Shown in pieces: positions 34,581-47,533 of a stretch of 64,000 bases of DNA (position 1 is its first letter; each line of letters begins with the position of its first letter). The DNA is taken from positions 22,816,001 through 22,880,000 of the forward strand of contig CM060731.1 in the NCBI GenBank assembly GCA_030704615.1, read 5' to 3'. The position numbers and the translations under genes were made by a program. The notes under the pieces were generated by a model, which was given only the letters and a program-made list of their open reading frames with translations, ran no database searches and had not been told where the DNA came from. This DNA comes from Takakia lepidozioides. Taxonomy: Eukaryota; Plantae; Bryophyta.

Positions 34581-34730
34581 CATAGTGTCAAACACTCCAT
34601 TTGCATCCTCGATGCACCCACATTTTGCATACATGTCTGCCAGGGTATTGTTCAGAATGACAGTTGGTATAGTTCCAGCTCTGAAGATGTCGCCATGGAC
34701 CTCTTTGCCCTTTTCCAGATCCACCAGGGC
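34581..34730 (-). pseudogene. PLS-class pentatricopeptide repeat fragment (L and S motifs)
   Basis: ALVDLEKGKEVHGDIFRAGTIPTVILNNTLADMYAKCGCIEDANGVFDTM matches the plant PLS-PPR consensus; it is embedded in-frame in ORF 34266-35201. Confidence 0.9.
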
Positions 34731-35786
34731 AGTGTGTAGAATGTACTGCCATCTGGAGTGTGTATTGCTGGTATTGTACTCCGGGGTGAGGAGGGGCTGG
34801 GGTAGAGTGAGATCTCCCGGGTTGTAGTGGTTGTCGTGTGGCCATTGCCATGTTGCAAACATAATCCATGCCGTGATGAGGCTGGCCTGAGCAGCAGAAA
34901 AGTTGCCACCAGATGCTGTAATGTTGGTGACTTGGCCATGGTTGGCCCTGATGGTGAGAGACTGTCGGCAAGGGTGCTGCTGCTGCATCATAACGTTGCA
35001 ATCCGACACTCTTGGAATGATACTAGGGTATGCTTCGTGGAAGGAGAGATACATGTGAGAGAATGGCTGCTTTCTGATGGTGTTCAGAGGATTGTAGTGG
35101 GTAACATTATAGAATAGACAGGGGAGGGCGTAAACCTGGTGGGGTAGAGAATCTGACGACGTAAGATTCAATATCTGCTTCAATATCGCCATGCTGCCCA
35201 AAAGTAGTTTCAGAATGATGTTGATGGCGCTTCCTATAAAGCTGACGCTTGGGGGACTGAGTCAAGTTTTTGTGTAGCATTTGATGATAGGTTGCCAAAG
35301 CCTTCAGCCTGTCCATCACTGCACCGGCCTCTCGAATGTTATCGTACTCGTACTGAAGCTGCTTTTGGGCACTGGCTGGCAGTCCTGCATAGTTGATGGT
35401 GATCTGAATCCAATGTGCTTTGGGAAGTCGGCTGAGAAATTTGCCACCTTGTGCAACAGCCCTGTACCAGAGACCACTCCACTAGCTGGTGTTGCTACTC
35501 CCCACAATGGGTATTGTCAGCTCAGGTTTTGCTCCAAGCATCACTCTCAAACCTAAGAGAAGGAAATCATGTTTGCCATGGGGCCTCTTGGTGTGCCTGG
35601 TCCGTAATTGGGCCCTCACAAAGTAGGGATTAGATGTGCAGATTTGGGTGCCAGAGTCATCGCACATGCCCCTGTGCAGCTTTACCATAACCTCTCTAAG
35701 TCTGGTTTGCACTGTGTAGAGATTGTGCACTTTCAGAGATATTTCCGGTCTTTGACTGGAGCAGGGGCTTATATTATCGGTTGAAG

Positions 35787-37094
35787 TCACGAGCCTATGC
35801 ATGGTGCCTGTTGGGGTTGCTGCAATATGTACAGCGTGATTCCATATCTATGTTGGAGCAAAATCTTTGAGATGCCAGTGCAGCTTGGCCAATGTAACTG
35901 GGCACAACCTTGGGCAGATGTTGACAAATCAACATGGCAATGTTTATAGGAGTTTTTAGCATAACAATTAGCGTGCGGCTTTGGGGCAGAGCAGTAGATG
36001 TGTAGCTTTTGAGCATACCGAATAGCAAGGGGTTTATGAGTACAACCATGAGTAGTATTAAGCTTTTGAACAAAACACTTAGTATGTGCCATTTGGACCT
36101 GGAGATGGGCCGCAATTGTATGAGTGGCCGGTAGCTGCCGCATAATTTGTAATAGTGGAGGTAAACATTGATCATAGTATTGGGTGACCATGATGGGTAC
36201 ATATGCCCTTTGGGTGGGGATGTGGCGTTGGGATTCTTGCAGACATAGTAGTTGGCCTGTGGCATACTGTGCTTCAACATAGATGCTAGTGTGACTTGGC
36301 AGTATGGGAGGTAGTTCCATTGCGTATTTTTGCACTATGTCACAGGGGAGTATTGAAAAAGCGGCATGAGCATTGGATGCAAGCTTCCGAGTGTGCAGTC
36401 TTTGCTGAGGGTGACATGTTGTCATTTCACCCCAATCTGCTAACTGGCCGGGACATGTTATAATTAGCGCACTATTGTGCGTTCTGGTCCCTAAGCTATC
36501 TTGCAGTGGTAGTAGAGGATATGGTGCTTCCTTTAGGCTCTGTGCAGGCCTGTGCATGGCATTAGTACAGTGATCATAGTAGAGTGGTATTAGCATGTAC
36601 TGATTTCCTTTGAGCTTTTGATCATGGGAGCGAGTAACAATTATGAACATTGATGGTATATAAATATAATACTGCATACGAGTTACAAATAGCTTTGACA
36701 GCAGAGAGTGCAATGATATTTCCAGGTTTTGAGCCAGGCAGTACTGTAGTGTCACATTAAGTTTTTGGTCATAGCAGCGAGTGGTAATGGTGAGCTTTGA
36801 TGGTGTGTGGATATGTAACTGCATTCGTTTTTTGACAAATATCCTTGACAGCGTTGCATCTTCTTGCACATATGGGGACATTTTCCAATCTGCGTTTTGA
36901 GCAGCCAAAACCTGCAGAGAAGGTGGGTGCTCTGACTGTATCCAAGGTGCACGTATGGTGTGTTCATTGGTCCTTATTTGTATGGTGTGTTTGCTACTTT
37001 GGTGCAAGACGTTCTTGTTGTGCAGATCTCTTATTGTGGCTGTTTTTTGCTGCACTTGTACCAGGACATTGTATCTCTGCGGGGCATCAACCAA
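35787..37094 (-). CDS. 435-aa orphan ORF with ~49-aa AQxL..LHSLL..CYDQKL repeats
   Basis: Long open frame sharing its repeat with ORFs 37624-38127, 38586-38990, 39167-39601 and 39983-40483. Confidence 0.4.
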   Translation of the reverse strand: MVDAPQRYNVLVQVQQKTATIRDLHNKNVLHQSSKHTIQIRTNEHTIRAPWIQSEHPPSLQVLAAQNADWKMSPYVQEDATLSRIFVKKRMQLHIHTPSKLTITTRCYDQKLNVTLQYCLAQNLEISLHSLLSKLFVTRMQYYIYIPSMFIIVTRSHDQKLKGNQYMLIPLYYDHCTNAMHRPAQSLKEAPYPLLPLQDSLGTRTHNSALIITCPGQLADWGEMTTCHPQQRLHTRKLASNAHAAFSILPCDIVQKYAMELPPILPSHTSIYVEAQYATGQLLCLQESQRHIPTQRAYVPIMVTQYYDQCLPPLLQIMRQLPATHTIAAHLQVQMAHTKCFVQKLNTTHGCTHKPLAIRYAQKLHIYCSAPKPHANCYAKNSYKHCHVDLSTSAQGCAQLHWPSCTGISKILLQHRYGITLYILQQPQQAPCIGS

Positions 37095-40000
37095 GCATTG
37101 TTGTGGGCTTTGGGGACAGAGAAGCTAGCCTCTGTGGGGAGGGTTAGGGGGGGGTGCAGCAGACCCATTTGGAATAGGATTGTAGTACAATTTAGGATTG
37201 CAGATTGCAGCAGATGAGCAGACACTATAGGACCTGTTGGCAGCATCTACGCCACAGTGTGATGTAAAAAGGGCGTTACATAGCATAAGAAAAAGAGTTA
37301 TTGCATTGTATCTCTCATACAGTCTAGTTCTGTGATATAATCTGAGGGTGCTTTTGGCAGCTACGTTGAGTCTGTCTTGGCTGTTGAATATGCTATCCAT
37401 GTGCCTACTCATTGGCGGTCTGCATGTGTATGTCCACTGTTGTTGTGCGCTCCATGCAATCAGCCCCCGTGGGTGCCGGTGTCTGGGGCTGCTCCCCTAT
37501 CATGGTGAGGGAGAGTAGTTCAGGATCATATGGTGGCGGGACATTAAAGTTGAGGTTTCCTATTTTTTGTCTATTCTTGTGCACGCATGTTGCACATAAT
37601 ATAGGGGGTTTATGGACTGCCGCTCACTTTCCATCAAGGTTTCCTTTATGGGCTACTTCCTTCATACGGTTTTCTTGTACATACCAACTTATGGCAGCAT
37701 AACGAAGAGGGCAATGTTTTCCCCATGTGGCACCACTAGGGTTGAATTGAACAGTTGCTACCATAGCCCTATGTTGTGAGCTTTGTGTGTTAACAGTAGA
37801 GTGGTCAGAGTAGTGTGGCCTGAGCTGTTGTAACATTAAGAATATTTGATCATAGCTTTGGGTGCCAGTGTTGATCCTTGATAGCACCTTTGTATAGTGT
37901 TGCCTTCGAACCCTTTGCGTTGACAGATAACACAGGGAAACTTGCAGATTTTGGGCAAGGCATTGGTTGGCACTAGTGGGGTTGTCCAGATATCGCCGTT
38001 GCAGGGTTGTTGGGGGATGCGCTACTTTAATAGGGCTCTGTTCAGGCTTGGGTTTGGTAGTGGTAGACAGGTTGTATTGGAATGGCATTGATATGTATTG
38101 GGGCTTCACATTTATTCGCATTAGCATGTACTGTGGCTTTCCTCGCTTGTAGTTGTCATTTTGCCGTTTCTGGTTTTATTTGGTCTTATGTATCTGTTGG
38201 TGTGTAGTCTCCGATCGTGGCACTGATTGACAGATTTATGATTGTGGTGATGATTTACACTATTCTGTATTGTTAGTACCAGTAGCATACAGCCTGGTTG
38301 AGAAGGAGTCAACATCTGTGTATTCGCTGTAGACCTATGTCAGGATTCTCCTTCATAGTAAATAGGTCATACATAAATTTGTGCAGCTTTTGAATTGGTA
38401 CTTGAATTTGAACATCTTTCCCGTGTGGGGTGTTTCTGGCTACGTTAGGTGTGGGGTTATTTCCTGGTTCTGGGCCACTCCCTTGATTCAGCTACATTTT
38501 GTTGCACATTATGTTCATTGCTCCTGTTATATAGACTGGTGATTGGCATAGATTGACTGGTGATTAACTGGTGATTGACATAGATTCAACACATGCAGAT
38601 TTTCATAATTTGAGCATTGCAGCGTTGTGGCAGCACTTTAAGTTTTGGAACGTAGCAACGAGTGGCATTTGCGAGCTTCAATACTGTGTGGATAAAGTAT
38701 TGCCGACGAATTACAAGAGGGGCTACCAGCAGGGAGTGCAAAAGCCTCATCAAGCTTTGAGCGTGACAGTTAACGTGGATTAATTTTATATAGCCTTTCA
38801 ATATTTGAGCAATGCTATGTTCTGGCATCACTGTAAGTATTTGATCATGGCAGAAGGTGACATTTGTGAGCTTTAATATTGTCGGGGTAGAGCACCACCG
38901 CCGAGTTACATAGGAGGCTGACAGCAGGGGGTGCAGTACTCTGTTCATGCTTTGGGCATAACAGTGATTAGTCATAGCGGGGTGATGCACATATTTCCAT
39001 AGCTAGAAATCTTCACATCTCTTCATATATCCATGTTCGGAGTTGGGATTTATACTCACGTAGTAGGCATAGTACATTAGCATTATCGTGCACTGTGGTA
39101 GCATATTAAGTATTTGGGGGAGTTTCACCAAGAGACTGGAGAAGCAAGTTTGTTCCTATGCAAAGGTCATGAGTGCACATTTATGTCCCTCTGTCTTACT
39201 GCAGCCGAATTCTGGGTTACTATTGTCTTAAGTTTTTGGTCATAGCACCAGTTAACGATTGTGGCTTTTGATATCGCGTGACTATAACACGAAGTTCTAT
39301 TTTCAGTTGGCATGAACAACAACGGATGTACTGGTACTTTCAGATCTTGAGCAATGGATTGTTGTACTATCTTTGTTGTGGCGTCTTGTGGCCTATGGCA
39401 GGTTATCTGGCATACGTTTCTGGTAATAATGGAGACTTTTTCTGCATTTGTGGGCGGTAGTGCATTGTGTTGCCCGAGTGTCCGTGTCATTTTCTCAGAT
39501 GGTGCATCTGGTTTCAAGGTTGGATCATGAATACAACGCATAATTTGAGCTCCTGCCATTACTCTTATTTGTAGGCGTTTGTTTCTTGGCGGGGGGCTCA
39601 ATTTGCTGGCGTGCCTCTGTTACTTGGTCGTGGATTGCAGCACACAATACAGTTAGTAATAGGCTTGAGCATTGCACATTGAAGGCAACAAAGATAATTG
39701 TCATTTGTGGCATGGGCCCTTTCTTGTAGCATATCCTCTGGTTATCTTCTTTGATGATACTGATAGAGTCCCTGATCCAAGCCCGTTCTAAGGCTTCAGC
39801 TGGCTGTGTTTTACCATAGTTGGTGATTGTATTCGGCCACCGGGCCCAGAAGAGTTCTACCAGTGTGCTTCTATTATCTCTCAGTGATTTAATGCTTATG
39901 ACTGTAAGGCAGTCCACCGAGAGCAAGCCTCTATATTCAGTGCATTGGTGTCTACTTAGAGCCCCTCCACACAGCACAAAGGTTACCAGTTTAGTAAAAG

Positions 40001-40773
40001 CTTGTTGCACGAGCAGGATGGTTGCTCCTGCTTGGGGTGCTTCATCAAAATTAGAGAATCAAAATTTCCCCTATTCAGAAATCCTAGGTTTGTATACAAA
40101 AGAATCTGCCCTATTGTAGTTAAGACCTGAGATACCATCACATTACGTTTTTTATCATAATAGCATGTGACAGTTTTGGATTTTGATATCGTGTTGGTGT
40201 AACACATCAATTGATTTCCCACTCGTATTAGCAGAAATGAACGCAATAAGACTTTCAGAGTTTTAGCAGTGTATTGTTGTGATATCACCTTGAGTTTTTT
40301 AGCATAGCACTGAATGGCACTTGTGAATTTTGATAAGTTATGGATAGAACATTGCAATCGATTTTCAAGTAACGCTGAAGGCAGTGAGTGCAATAACACT
40401 TTCAAGCTTTGAGCACGGTAGAGATTAGTCATAACGGGGCAGTGCGTATACTTCCACAATCGAATAGCTTCATCCTTCTCCATATTTCTTTGTTCAGATA
40501 TGGGCTTATCAAGCCCATAGTGATTACAATATGATGACAGTAGAATGTACTATGGCATCATATTAAGTTCCTGATAGTAGCAGTGAGTGCCAAGTATGGC
40601 CTTTGGTAGCGCATGGTTATTGTGTGACGGCCCAGTTTCGGGGTTAGGTGATAACACAGTGGGTGGTAAGGCTCTGAGGTAATTTGCAGGGCAATGATTG
40701 ACACTGTCAGAAGCATATAGGGGTCTCCATACCATATAGTTTTGGGAGGCACCTTGGTATATCCGAGTAGCCA

Positions 40774-42513
40774 TTAAAATAGACAGTTGATATGTGTTGG
40801 CATTCCCTCTAGAGTTGACGACGGTAATGAGCAATTGCATTTAGTGCTACCAGGCTGGGTAGTGAACTTAGCTGGGACAGAGTTGAGTGTTGCGAGTGTG
40901 CCCTTCAGTATTCCGCGTTCAGCAGGTGACATGTGCTCCTCTTCTGTGTGATTTTGTGCTGCCAGTGTGCTCCTTGGCGTTTTCCCATTTATTATGACTT
41001 TGTGCTCAGCATGCAGCCATCTCTTGTTTTCCAGGAAACATATGTCTTCGTCCATGTTTTCTCCTGCTGTTAAGCCTGGTGGTGGTGCACTAATCTTCCA
41101 TAGCTTTGATTGCATGTCGGGTCTGTACCAACCTGTGAGCGTCTTCTGGTTATTCTCTGCAATTAGCCAGTTTGCATTAGTGTTTTTGCTATGCATAATT
41201 GGTACACTGACTAGTGTATGGTTGGTTCCGCAACATAGGTTTCCACAGAGGTTTCCACAGGGATGGATCCTAGTTTTCTTGTTAGGTGGTTTGAATCGCT
41301 CTTGTCTGTCATCTTGTCCATAGGTGTAGATTTGAGTGCTGCTACTTGAGCATGAGAGTAAAATTAATGGTGTTCGAGTCAGGACTTTAGAGTAGAGTAT
41401 CTTGCTTTTGATTGATTGATAAGGTGTTAGTTTCAGGGCCTCGCTGTGCATGTGTAGATCGATGTTGAGACGAGGGAGTCTTGTTATTGTAGAAAGAGAG
41501 AGTGTCATCTTAAAGAGTGTAGCTGCGTTCTTGCAGGGACTTTTCATATCGACATGCCAGAACTTGTCATTAATGTAGGTTTCGAGCTTATCTGTATTTT
41601 GTCTGTGGATTTTCCTTTGCTCGTTGTCGGCGTGTACCGAGGCCTCGCCATTTCCCGTAGTGCTGGCTGCCTTGTCCCACTCAACCTCAATTGGCAGACC
41701 TGGCTTTCCGACACTCACTGGCCTTCCCACAATGCTCTTTCTTATCGTCTTCTCCATCACGTTCCAGGGAATATCAGCACCTACGCTCCTCTTGGGGCTG
41801 CTAACTACACAGCCTGCTCCAACCATATGCAAGTGTTTGTCCTCGTTCTGAGTCGCCTCCCTCTCGTTGGGCCTTACTAAATGCAGCTGCCGACCAGGCT
41901 TAGTATCGCATGACATTGTCAATAGCAACAGAAAGAATAGCGAGAGAGCTTTCTTATTTCCTTCTTTATACTTCCTACCCTGTGTCCTTCTTTGTTTTGT
42001 ACGTGAGCTCTGCCCGTATGCAGATTGGGTTGTTGTCTGTCTTTGCTTGACAATACGCAGCTTCGTAACCTTCTCGCCTACTCCACTATCTGATGGGAGC
42101 TGACATTGCACTACTCTCACGTATACTGCCCCTGGTTTCCATTCTTGTTGTCTCAAGCGCCTCAGCCTGCGGTTCTTCCGTTTGGCTTTGTGGTGTTTCT
42201 GTTGACCTAGCCATTGGCTGTTGGCTCTGCGGCCATCATGGGGTTTGCTGCGTTTAGCTCTGGCTTCTGGCCTTAGCACGCCCTGCCATGGCGATAAGGC
42301 GTGTAGTGCACAACTTTCTTCATCAATTAAATTCGCTTGCATTTGGCCCTGTGTGTTCTTGCTATTTCCTTGGAAACGCTCATCAGCAGCGCCTCCTTCC
42401 TCTGCACCTTTCGCATACACTCCGTTGTTTAGAAGTACAATGGCGCCGACTCTATATCTCGACCTCTCTCTCAGGGAGTAGTCGCTGCGGGTTCTGCCAC
42501 TTTGTTTAGCCAT
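40774..42513 (-). CDS. 579-aa orphan ORF, first of a co-oriented run of ORFs in an unclassified element
   Basis: Uninterrupted ATG-initiated ORF with a basic Arg/Lys-rich N-terminal region followed by a hydrophobic stretch LSLFFLLLLTMS; no recognisable domain. Confidence 0.45.
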   Translation of the reverse strand: MAKQSGRTRSDYSLRERSRYRVGAIVLLNNGVYAKGAEEGGAADERFQGNSKNTQGQMQANLIDEESCALHALSPWQGVLRPEARAKRSKPHDGRRANSQWLGQQKHHKAKRKNRRLRRLRQQEWKPGAVYVRVVQCQLPSDSGVGEKVTKLRIVKQRQTTTQSAYGQSSRTKQRRTQGRKYKEGNKKALSLFFLLLLTMSCDTKPGRQLHLVRPNEREATQNEDKHLHMVGAGCVVSSPKRSVGADIPWNVMEKTIRKSIVGRPVSVGKPGLPIEVEWDKAASTTGNGEASVHADNEQRKIHRQNTDKLETYINDKFWHVDMKSPCKNAATLFKMTLSLSTITRLPRLNIDLHMHSEALKLTPYQSIKSKILYSKVLTRTPLILLSCSSSSTQIYTYGQDDRQERFKPPNKKTRIHPCGNLCGNLCCGTNHTLVSVPIMHSKNTNANWLIAENNQKTLTGWYRPDMQSKLWKISAPPPGLTAGENMDEDICFLENKRWLHAEHKVIINGKTPRSTLAAQNHTEEEHMSPAERGILKGTLATLNSVPAKFTTQPGSTKCNCSLPSSTLEGMPTHINCLF

Positions 42514-44344
42514 AACTAAAATATCGGGCTGTCTAAGAAATAATCAAGAAGCCTACTACTTTGCAGTTCTTGATAGTGGTTGGCCTAACTTAGCTATCTA
42601 GCGGGCGCATTAGAGAAGAAGTTGAAATGGCTAAGTCCTACACAGCTACGGCGTCAGCGTTTCTTGGAGCCCTCGTTGCTGTTCCACTAGTCGTATTCTA
42701 TATTTTTATCAAAATTAACTCATGCCAGGCTGTAAAAGACATTCCTTTGGGTAATTATTATCTTTCACCTTGAAGTTGAGGTTAAACGTCTTTGTTTGAT
42801 GCAGTTAAGAAAACAAATCGAGACAATAATCAATAATGTAAAATGCATCTCTCTGAGAAAATGTAAAGTAGCAGAAAAATTAAAAGCAAGATTTTCTTAC
42901 TTTCTGGGATCACAATGCTCAAACCATGAGATTGTTGAGACAAACATTAAGAATGTCAAATAGTGATGAATGTAAACATGACCTTCTAGTTAATTCCATT
43001 GATCTCACGTGAAGGTGTTATTCATTATGGATGGGTCGGACTAAAGATGTGCACTATTAGCCGTCTAGTTTAGAACTGCTTATATCCATCTATTTCTCCG
43101 ATATTCAATCGTCATTAGAATTAGGACTTCACGTTGCTCCGGACTACTAGTGATGATTTCATGGAACAATGTCCAAGAAAATGTGATGGATTGAAGTTTT
43201 ATAGAAAATTTCAACGTTTATTTCATTTCATTTTGATTTGTATGGTGCCATTTGGGCAAAGAAAAAGTAGTGGCTTTGCCCTCTGCCTTCACGGGCAGAG
43301 ATGTCTCTGTCTTCATTTGAGATAGTAACCAATTCATTTTTTGAAATATGAATTTGTTGAGATTTTATTTCATTTGAAATTTGATATGAATTGCCTGGTT
43401 GTTTTTCACATGGATATTTCATGCGTCGTTCAACACAGATTATTTTGATTATTTCCAGACCTTTTATCAATTTCATAAACGTGATGTGGCTGACAAAAAA
43501 CAAAAAAACAAAGAAAAAAATGATATTTAGTTTTTAGTTTGGCAATTCAGACAATGTGGGCAATTTCGACAAATTACAACGACGATGATGTTCAGAGCAT
43601 GATGTGGTACTTACGGCCCTATTGCTTCTCTATACTAAAACTAGTCTCGGACTTTTCAGTGATCATTAGAATTTTCTCCAAACTTGTAGGTTTCATTGTA
43701 TTCATATGTACACATCTAAAAAGTCTATGATTGCTCCAATCCCACTCTCCTTACCACATGCTTGCTGAGCAGATTTGGATCTTGCCTTACTAACATCAAG
43801 TTCAACCATATGCCCTTCCTCAAGAACCATCCAACCTAAACCCTAAACACACTTCTTCAAACAACTTGCTCACACCTCCTCTAATGCCCTCTTCTTCATA
43901 CCTCCTTTTTGCCTCCTCCTACTCACCCCTCCTGACTGCTCAAGTTATTGGCCCTTCTTCACCTTCCCAATCTCTGTCTCCTCTCCTCTCCTGAGAGAAT
44001 TAGAGCCACTTTGCATGCTTGTCCATTGCGCGTATTATGACATCATGCCCAATATTTCTGTCTCCCTCTTCCCATGTTTAGAAATGCACTACTACCTACT
44101 ACCCCACATCCTTTACTAGTTGATGGATGCCAAGGCTTGCAAAGTCCGCAAAACGCAAAGTCTTGTGGATCACGGGCTTGTGAGATTAAAAGATCGTCTC
44201 CTCACAGTCAACATTCATAGCAAACCTCCACGTTCCAGTCATCTCTAGCCCTAGAATGAAGAACTGAACAATTGAAAAAATTAGACATCCTTCTCAAAGT
44301 CGGTTAATTGAATGAGATTTAGAATCATGCATTATGTCTTGATT

Positions 44345-44600
44345 CCTTTCTTTGTCTCTGAGTCATATACGTAGGTTAAAACTGGGTGGTTAAAGATATC
44401 ACATGTAATTGCAGCAATACATACAATTTATGGATGAAGGGTTCATCCAACATACATCATTTGTTCAACTTCCTTAATGTGTTGAAATCATCGTCTTCCT
44501 TTCTTTCTTTGTTTCTTTCTTTGTCTCTGAATAATATAAATTGGGTGGTGAAGGATATCACATGTAATTGCAGCAGTAGATGCAATTCATGTGATCAAGG
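44345..44600. repeat. Local diverged tandem duplication
   Basis: TTTGTCTCTGA..TGGGTGGT.AA.GATATCACATGTAATTGCAGCA occurs twice. Confidence 0.7.
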
Positions 44601-45150
44601 GCTCCATGGCACATAAGCCAATGGTAGCCAGTGACCTCATGGGGCCCACACATGGCAAGGCCTGTTGGCATTCTTGCCCTAGAAGCCTGGTCAAAAGGCA
44701 AGTATGACCCGTGACAATGGTGACATCATTCAACAGGCATGGGTGACCATTGGGTGAGCATGTAAAGTGCCTCTAAGCTCACCCTCAATTAATTGACCCA
44801 ATTTAGTCCCCATGTCTTTCTTCCCTGAATACACTATGCCACTTGGTGATAGCCCTAACTCAAACTGAAAGTCAATACCTAACTTTGACTTGTAAATGGG
44901 GCTATTATTTCCTAAGTCCCAGCCCTAACCTAACTAACATGGTTCAATAGTAAGATTGTAATCTAGATGTCTGACGTGGAATGCTGGCTGTCACAATTCT
45001 CTCCATTCATCAAAATTCTTTCCATTTCTACTCAGGATATATATTCATCCTGTTTCCATTACTGCTGTGACAATCTGCATAGATGCAACATCAATGACTG
45101 GCATAAGTGGGGATGTATTACAACATGCCTTCTTCCACCACATTGTTCCC

Positions 45151-47493
45151 TCACAGCTTGGATGTGGTTCCTGTGGTTGAGTTCTTGCCCTCTGAACTTG
45201 CCTGGGGTATTATCATCACCTTCCCCATGACTTGACGCTGTTGGATGGTTGCAAATGCTTGGTTAGCCTGAACCATACACATCAACTCTGGTAAGAATCA
45301 GGCATGCACTTGTTTAAGTACACCCATGTACCTCAATCTTCGCTTCTACCAGCTCGCCTTAAAGCACAAGGCCCCCCAGGGAGCCTACTTCCTTGAGGCG
45401 TCCTTAATACACTTCACAAAAAAGTTTCCACATCCCATCTTTTGTGGACGCGGAGGTACAATTCTAAACTACACATCAGTAAAAGAGTTGTGCACATTTT
45501 CTCAAGGGGAACAAGAGTGACTGTCAAAAATTACGAGTGTAGTGCACCAAATTAAATTCACTGGGGCAGCTGAAATTTTTCCTTTCATGCAGCAACTGGC
45601 CAAATATGTATACAAGAAGTAAGTTGGTCTATTTAGACTGGGTGGTAAACATAGCACTAGTAGCCACCTTGTAGACTTTATCTGAGGGGTGGGGGACAAC
45701 CCATGACAATATTTATTATGTCCATGAGTGGCCCCATAAAGCGTGAGACGGAGAGGGAGACGAGATTGTGATTTGCAGAGCTTGGCCATCACAACACTTT
45801 GTGTGCACCTGCAGATTCACGACAGTCAAAATGCAACACTACAACTGTCTCTCCACTGTAACGACATCTCATTTGCCAGCACAACGACTTTTAACTCAGA
45901 GACAGAGAGAGAGAGATAAGAGGCAGACAGAAACAGAAAGCAACAGGAGCCCAAAAATAGCTACTCTGCAGCTTGAGGAACCACAAGGAAGTGGCAGGGA
46001 ATGCATACCTGGGAGAGAGGGAAGGTGTGTGACACATTGACACGAATGAAACCCTTTCCCAGCAGCTCCAACAACTCCCTCATTGAATCTGTCAGTACTT
46101 CAGGCTTGTGATTCATGTAGCTGCCCCAATAAAGCCCATGCACTGTCCAGTTCTGCACCACTACCCAAAAGCTATGCTTAGAAAAAGCATGGACATACTA
46201 AGCAAATACCTAACCTCCTCATCTCCCAAGTAAACTCTATCCAATGTGTGTGTTCCTGGGGTTTGGCTACGCCTGATGTCATTGAGTGCTGGGTAGCCAG
46301 TTCGCAACAAGGGATCCAGACATGAACTATTGCTGACGATTTAAATTGGTGGGACCCATTATGCGAATCTTAGAAACACTGCTACTGGCAGATGTCAAAA
46401 GCTTCTTTGATGTTGTTTACCACTACAATGCTTCACTTGTTTCACCTAAGCCCTGCAACCAGTCTAAGAAACCCAAAACAAGCAATCAACCTGTGACCGT
46501 ACGTATGTGAATAAAAAGAAAACTCTTGGACATCTGACCTTCACAAGAGCAATGTTAGCCGGAATGCTCGGAATTTCACCGCTGGTGAAGCCTATAATGA
46601 GGATTTGGGCACCCCAGTTAAGGAGCTTCATGCTGTCTTTGAACAGTTTCCCACCAACAGGGTCATATAAAACATCCACACCCCTCAGATTATTTGCCTT
46701 CAAGAAGGCTTGAGCTGACTTGATCAGGCCGCCATCACTAGGATCTATGACAAAGTCGGCTCCTAGGCTCTTCAGGAGCTCCTCCTTCTCTTTCCCCCTG
46801 ATGCAAGCCACCACATGGTGGTCAACATTCAGCATTCCAAACCTGATATTTGCTTAATGCTAGATGCCATTACTCTGAAGTGTTTCAGGAGGCGCCAGAA
46901 TGAGAGCAGAGATAATGACTTCACACTTCATACATGGCCACTGTGATAGAGAAAGGCCACAGGAAAAACCTGGCCACGGCAATGACGACTGCACCACACA
47001 ATTTGCCAATTTGCACTGCTGCTGACCCCACTCCTCCCGCCGCACCCAGCACAAGCAGCACCTGGTTGGTCAATCTCTTTTAGACCTCTCATTGCTTCAT
47101 GTTTGTGAAACGAGGATGTTACACATAACAGACCAATGTGTCTTCTACATTTGCCCTTCTTGTTGGAAAAGAATTTTTTCGACTCTAAGCATCCTAAGCC
47201 CTTCCTAAGCATCCTAAGCCCTTCTTGCCCAAGTGCATGAAGTACACAGCAAGAGAGATCATTCACTGCTGCCTGCGATGAATATCCTTAAGGGCTTAAA
47301 CCCCATTGGATATTTATCCTCCCAGAGCCAGTTGTGGGTTTAAGCCCTCAAGGGTAAATCTGAATTTTCCATAGCATGACCCTGAGGCAACATCAATATG
47401 GTTACGGAGAATTCACTTTTGTCCTATGTGCTGATTACATTTGAAAAAATGAGGCTGATCCCGGTACTGCTACTGTTAAGTACAGAAAAATGC

Positions 47494-47533
<40 letters not shown>

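Larger units (their letters stand above)
34299..42686 (-). mobile_element. Unclassified ~8.4-kb insertion carrying a fragmented giant repeat-containing ORF
   Basis: Run of same-strand ORFs, an A/C-rich sense strand, internal diverged duplications (e.g. ~38830-39050 vs ~40290-40510) and no introns evident. The 3' side abuts the palindrome-array element end. Mobile nature is inferred only. Confidence 0.4.
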
